From the human T2T-CHM13v2.0 reference genome, Homo sapiens: a stretch of 64,000 nt of DNA. The notes under the pieces were generated by a model. The model had not been told where the DNA came from. It saw only the letters and a list, made by a program, of their open reading frames with translations, and made no database searches. A program made the position numbers and the translations under genes. The DNA lies in assembly GCF_009914755.1 (NCBI RefSeq), contig NC_060932.1. One strand, 5' to 3'. Shown here piece after piece: positions 61,341 to 64,000 of this stretch. How positions within the stretch are numbered: position 1 is the stretch's first letter; each line of letters starts with the position of its first letter.

Positions 61341-63049
61341 TGGGGAGTTGCCTCCCCTTTGATGAAAAGGAAGTGCGAAGCGTAGGAACGCTCTTCAGGT
61401 CACCACCCCGTGAGTGGGAGACTTGGGGAGTCTGAAGGAAGAGAAAGCTCCCTCCAAATCTCCCAAACTGAGAAAAGCTGCAGGAGGAATGAGGCAGTTG
61501 GAGAGAGAGGACCGCAGGCATCCCGCAGCTGAGGCTCAGGACTGAGCTCTAAAATGAAAGCACCCCTATGGGACCCACCAGGCAAAACGTTAAAAAAAAA
61601 AAAAATCTGAATGCTTAGGCATTCTGCTGCTTCCATTCTGTGTGTCAAATCTACTTTGAAGCAGTTAAGTACTGCAGGATATTAAACACTCGAATCTCCG
61701 TTTCAAGCTCACTTTTTAATCTTTGCGAACTTAAAATTGGAAAGACAGAAAAAAAATCTGCGACCCCTGTTATGTTTTACCAAAGGAACGAAAAATTCTC
61801 TCCACCTCGGCATAAATAAAATAGAAAGAATTTTATCTTAATAAAATAATATCTGGGAGCTTCTGCTTGACTCCCCAATTACTGCTTAACCTTTTGACAG
61901 TTTTTAGCCTCTGCTTGTATTTATCTACTTCCCCGCACGATTGAGATTTTTTGAATTGTCCTTTGGGGCGTCTCATTCAAAACCATCTTTCGACGGAACA
62001 CTTTTGAATTGTACAGCCTCTTGGTTGAAGATCTACGTCCTCAAAGTGCGGGCTTGCCGTGGAGTAACGCAGATCCCCTCTGGCAACTCGTCTGGGACGA
62101 AGGGCGTTTTTGCTTAGTGTTGATCACGCAAATCACATCTGAAAAGAAGCTGCTTAAAATGGGTGTGTATCATTCCCTTCCTGTCACTCGGTCACCCCTA
62201 TTCCAGAGAGGTTGAAGTGCTTTTTGCAGTTACACTCACACAAGACCAAACCTTTAGAAGGACCTGAAAAATGTATCACTGCACTTTGAATTCTATTAAC
62301 TTTCCTGGAGACTGAACATTGAACTCAATTTTTGCTGGGAATGAAGATGTAAATGTTTTGAAAAACTAGAATCGCATTTTCCTAAATTTTAAAAATGATT
62401 GTTCTTCACCAATTCCAGATGGATTCTTTATTCTTTGCCAATGGGTTGCAGATGCCCACTGTTTTAACCAAGTTGGTTTACTGCGTATGAAATGAACATT
62501 TGCCGATTAAAGCTTAAATATTGGAAGAAATTTCTCCTGGGGCATTCCACGCGTCTTTGCAATAATTACTAAATTAGTCAATTGCCACCTCTGTAAACAA
62601 ACTTCGTTTAGAAAACAGCAGGCGAAAGCAGACTACACATGTAGTCATAATTGACCAAAAGTATGTACAAAACTGTTTAAAATTGGGGAAAGAGTGATTT
62701 ATGCTGGAGAATGCAGTCTAGACCTGAATTATTTTACTTTACGGTGAAGGTAGTTGTATTGAATGTGTTAAGATGTGCAAATTAAGCCGGCGAGCGAACC
62801 AAATAAAAATACTAAATGCCCTTTGGGATTCTCTGTGGAGTCTTTGAGAGGCAGAGAAGCAGTTGTTGAGTTTCTAATGGTATAAGGAAAAGTGGCAACG
62901 AGAAGAAAGGGGGTGGGTATTGTGTTTGTGTGTGAGTTTTGAACTGAGTCACCTACGGCTGCGTCTCTATAACAGGGAAACCTCGAGCAAACCTGTGCCT
63001 TTAAGACTCAGTTGCTATCCAAACAGAAGTAAACAGAGTGGACCATTAG

Positions 63050-63195
63050 CAGACGCCGGGCGCGGAGGCGGAGCCAGGGCGCTGAGGGCCCCGCGCGGCG
63101 GCGGGACGCCCGCCCGAAGGGGAGGCGGGGCCGCTACTAAAGCCCAAGACTCCCGGCCTGGGGCAGCCTGGGGAGGGACGCGGGCGGGGACGGAG
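63050..63195 (+). promoter_or_regulatory. OSR2 TATA-less GC-box promoter
   Basis: GC boxes GGAGGCGGAG, GGAGGCGGGGC (about 63121-63131) and GGGCGGGG (63182-63189) in a CpG island. Confidence 0.7.
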
Positions 63196-63546
63196 CTCGG
63201 CGTGCTTGCTGCTGGAGGGTGATGGCCCTGCAAGGCTGTGGGCTCCGACCTCACCGGGAGTCGACAGCGAGAGGTTCGCCGAAGAGCGAGGTTCTGGGCG
63301 AGCGCTGAACGCCGGCCCCAAGCACCCCGGGTCTTTACACAGTCCGCGTCCACAGACTCTGACGAAGACGTGGATCTGCTCTCGCTTTAGCTGCTCGCGG
63401 TCCTCCAGATCATGTCCGCGACTCCTGCGACTCCGCGCGGAAAAAAAAGTTTGCCAGGCGTGGACTCAATGACCTTTCCAAGCTGTGCGCCTCGCTGCCT
63501 GGACCGGGTCTGAGCGCGGCTGCCCAGGTTGACCTTTCTGCGGGAG
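63150..63546 (+). other. OSR2: OSR2 exon 1 (5' UTR, non-coding; start approximate); CDS lies beyond the window
   Basis: Sequence recalled as the OSR2 mRNA leader; consensus donor GGGAG|GTGAGT at 63546/63547. Confidence 0.82.
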
Positions 63547-64000
63547 GTGAGTGTTCGCTCTGGGAAGGGGCTGTAGCTGCCCTTTGGAAGGAAGGGTTTG
63601 GGGGTGTAAGAGGCGTTCAGATTCTCGGTCTGGTGTGCCCCAAATTCAGATGTGAAAATAGATCATGGGGATGCAATCCCAGGGCACTGTATTTCTCACT
63701 TCCTTGGGTCCCTGGCACGCGACTCCCAGCTAACACCCAACCACACACATTTCTACATACTGTTTCTTAATTTTGTTTTGGGATATTTAATCTAAGCGGT
63801 CAGCAAGACTTCTTATAAAAGCTGGTCTACGTACACTGAGATCAAACCCCACAATCCCATGGTGTTTCTGCTCCTGCCCTAGCAAGCCTGGGTCGACTTG
63901 TCCCGGGGCAGCCGCGGCAGCGCAGCGTGGACGGGCCCGGACACCCGGTGCCTGCCCAGCCAGCGACGCTGAAGGCACATTTCAAGAGGGAAATAGTTCA

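Larger units (their letters stand above)
58250..61400. promoter_or_regulatory. CpG island over the distal STK3 promoter/first intron and OSR2 upstream region
   Basis: Very high GC and undepleted CpG, in contrast to the rest of the window. Confidence 0.9.

Noticed and set aside
63206-63472. 88-aa ORF as the OSR2 CDS
   Set aside because: Non-ATG start and no zinc fingers; the OSR2 CDS as I recall it (MGSKALPAP...) begins in a downstream exon outside the window.

Overview
Human (primate) genomic DNA, recognisable from memory as the STK3 (MST2, Hippo kinase)/OSR2 locus on 8q22. About 59 kb is a repeat-rich intron of a distal minus-strand STK3 transcript. That transcript begins in a CpG island near 61.3 kb and splices to an alternative coding exon at 2378-2565 (MLQLMDSGITICLRNGAASVFKKKEWSTQGEENKQD). 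OSR2 non-coding exon 1 starts head-to-head on the + strand at about 63.15 kb. The intron holds a nested retro-insertion (an MRPL57 processed pseudogene split by a MER57A LTR plus a full-length RBM4B retrocopy), a tailless 7SK retrocopy, about 25 Alus, L1/L2/MIR/MaLR/MLT2A/Tigger/MER relics and several non-B-DNA repeats. I see no wholly new gene system. The best leads are unannotated in-frame N-terminal extensions of MST2 from the distal exon, probable LTR exonisation of the STK3 alternative exon, and the LTR-retrocopy cassette. Gene and repeat-family names come from recall, not from a database search.
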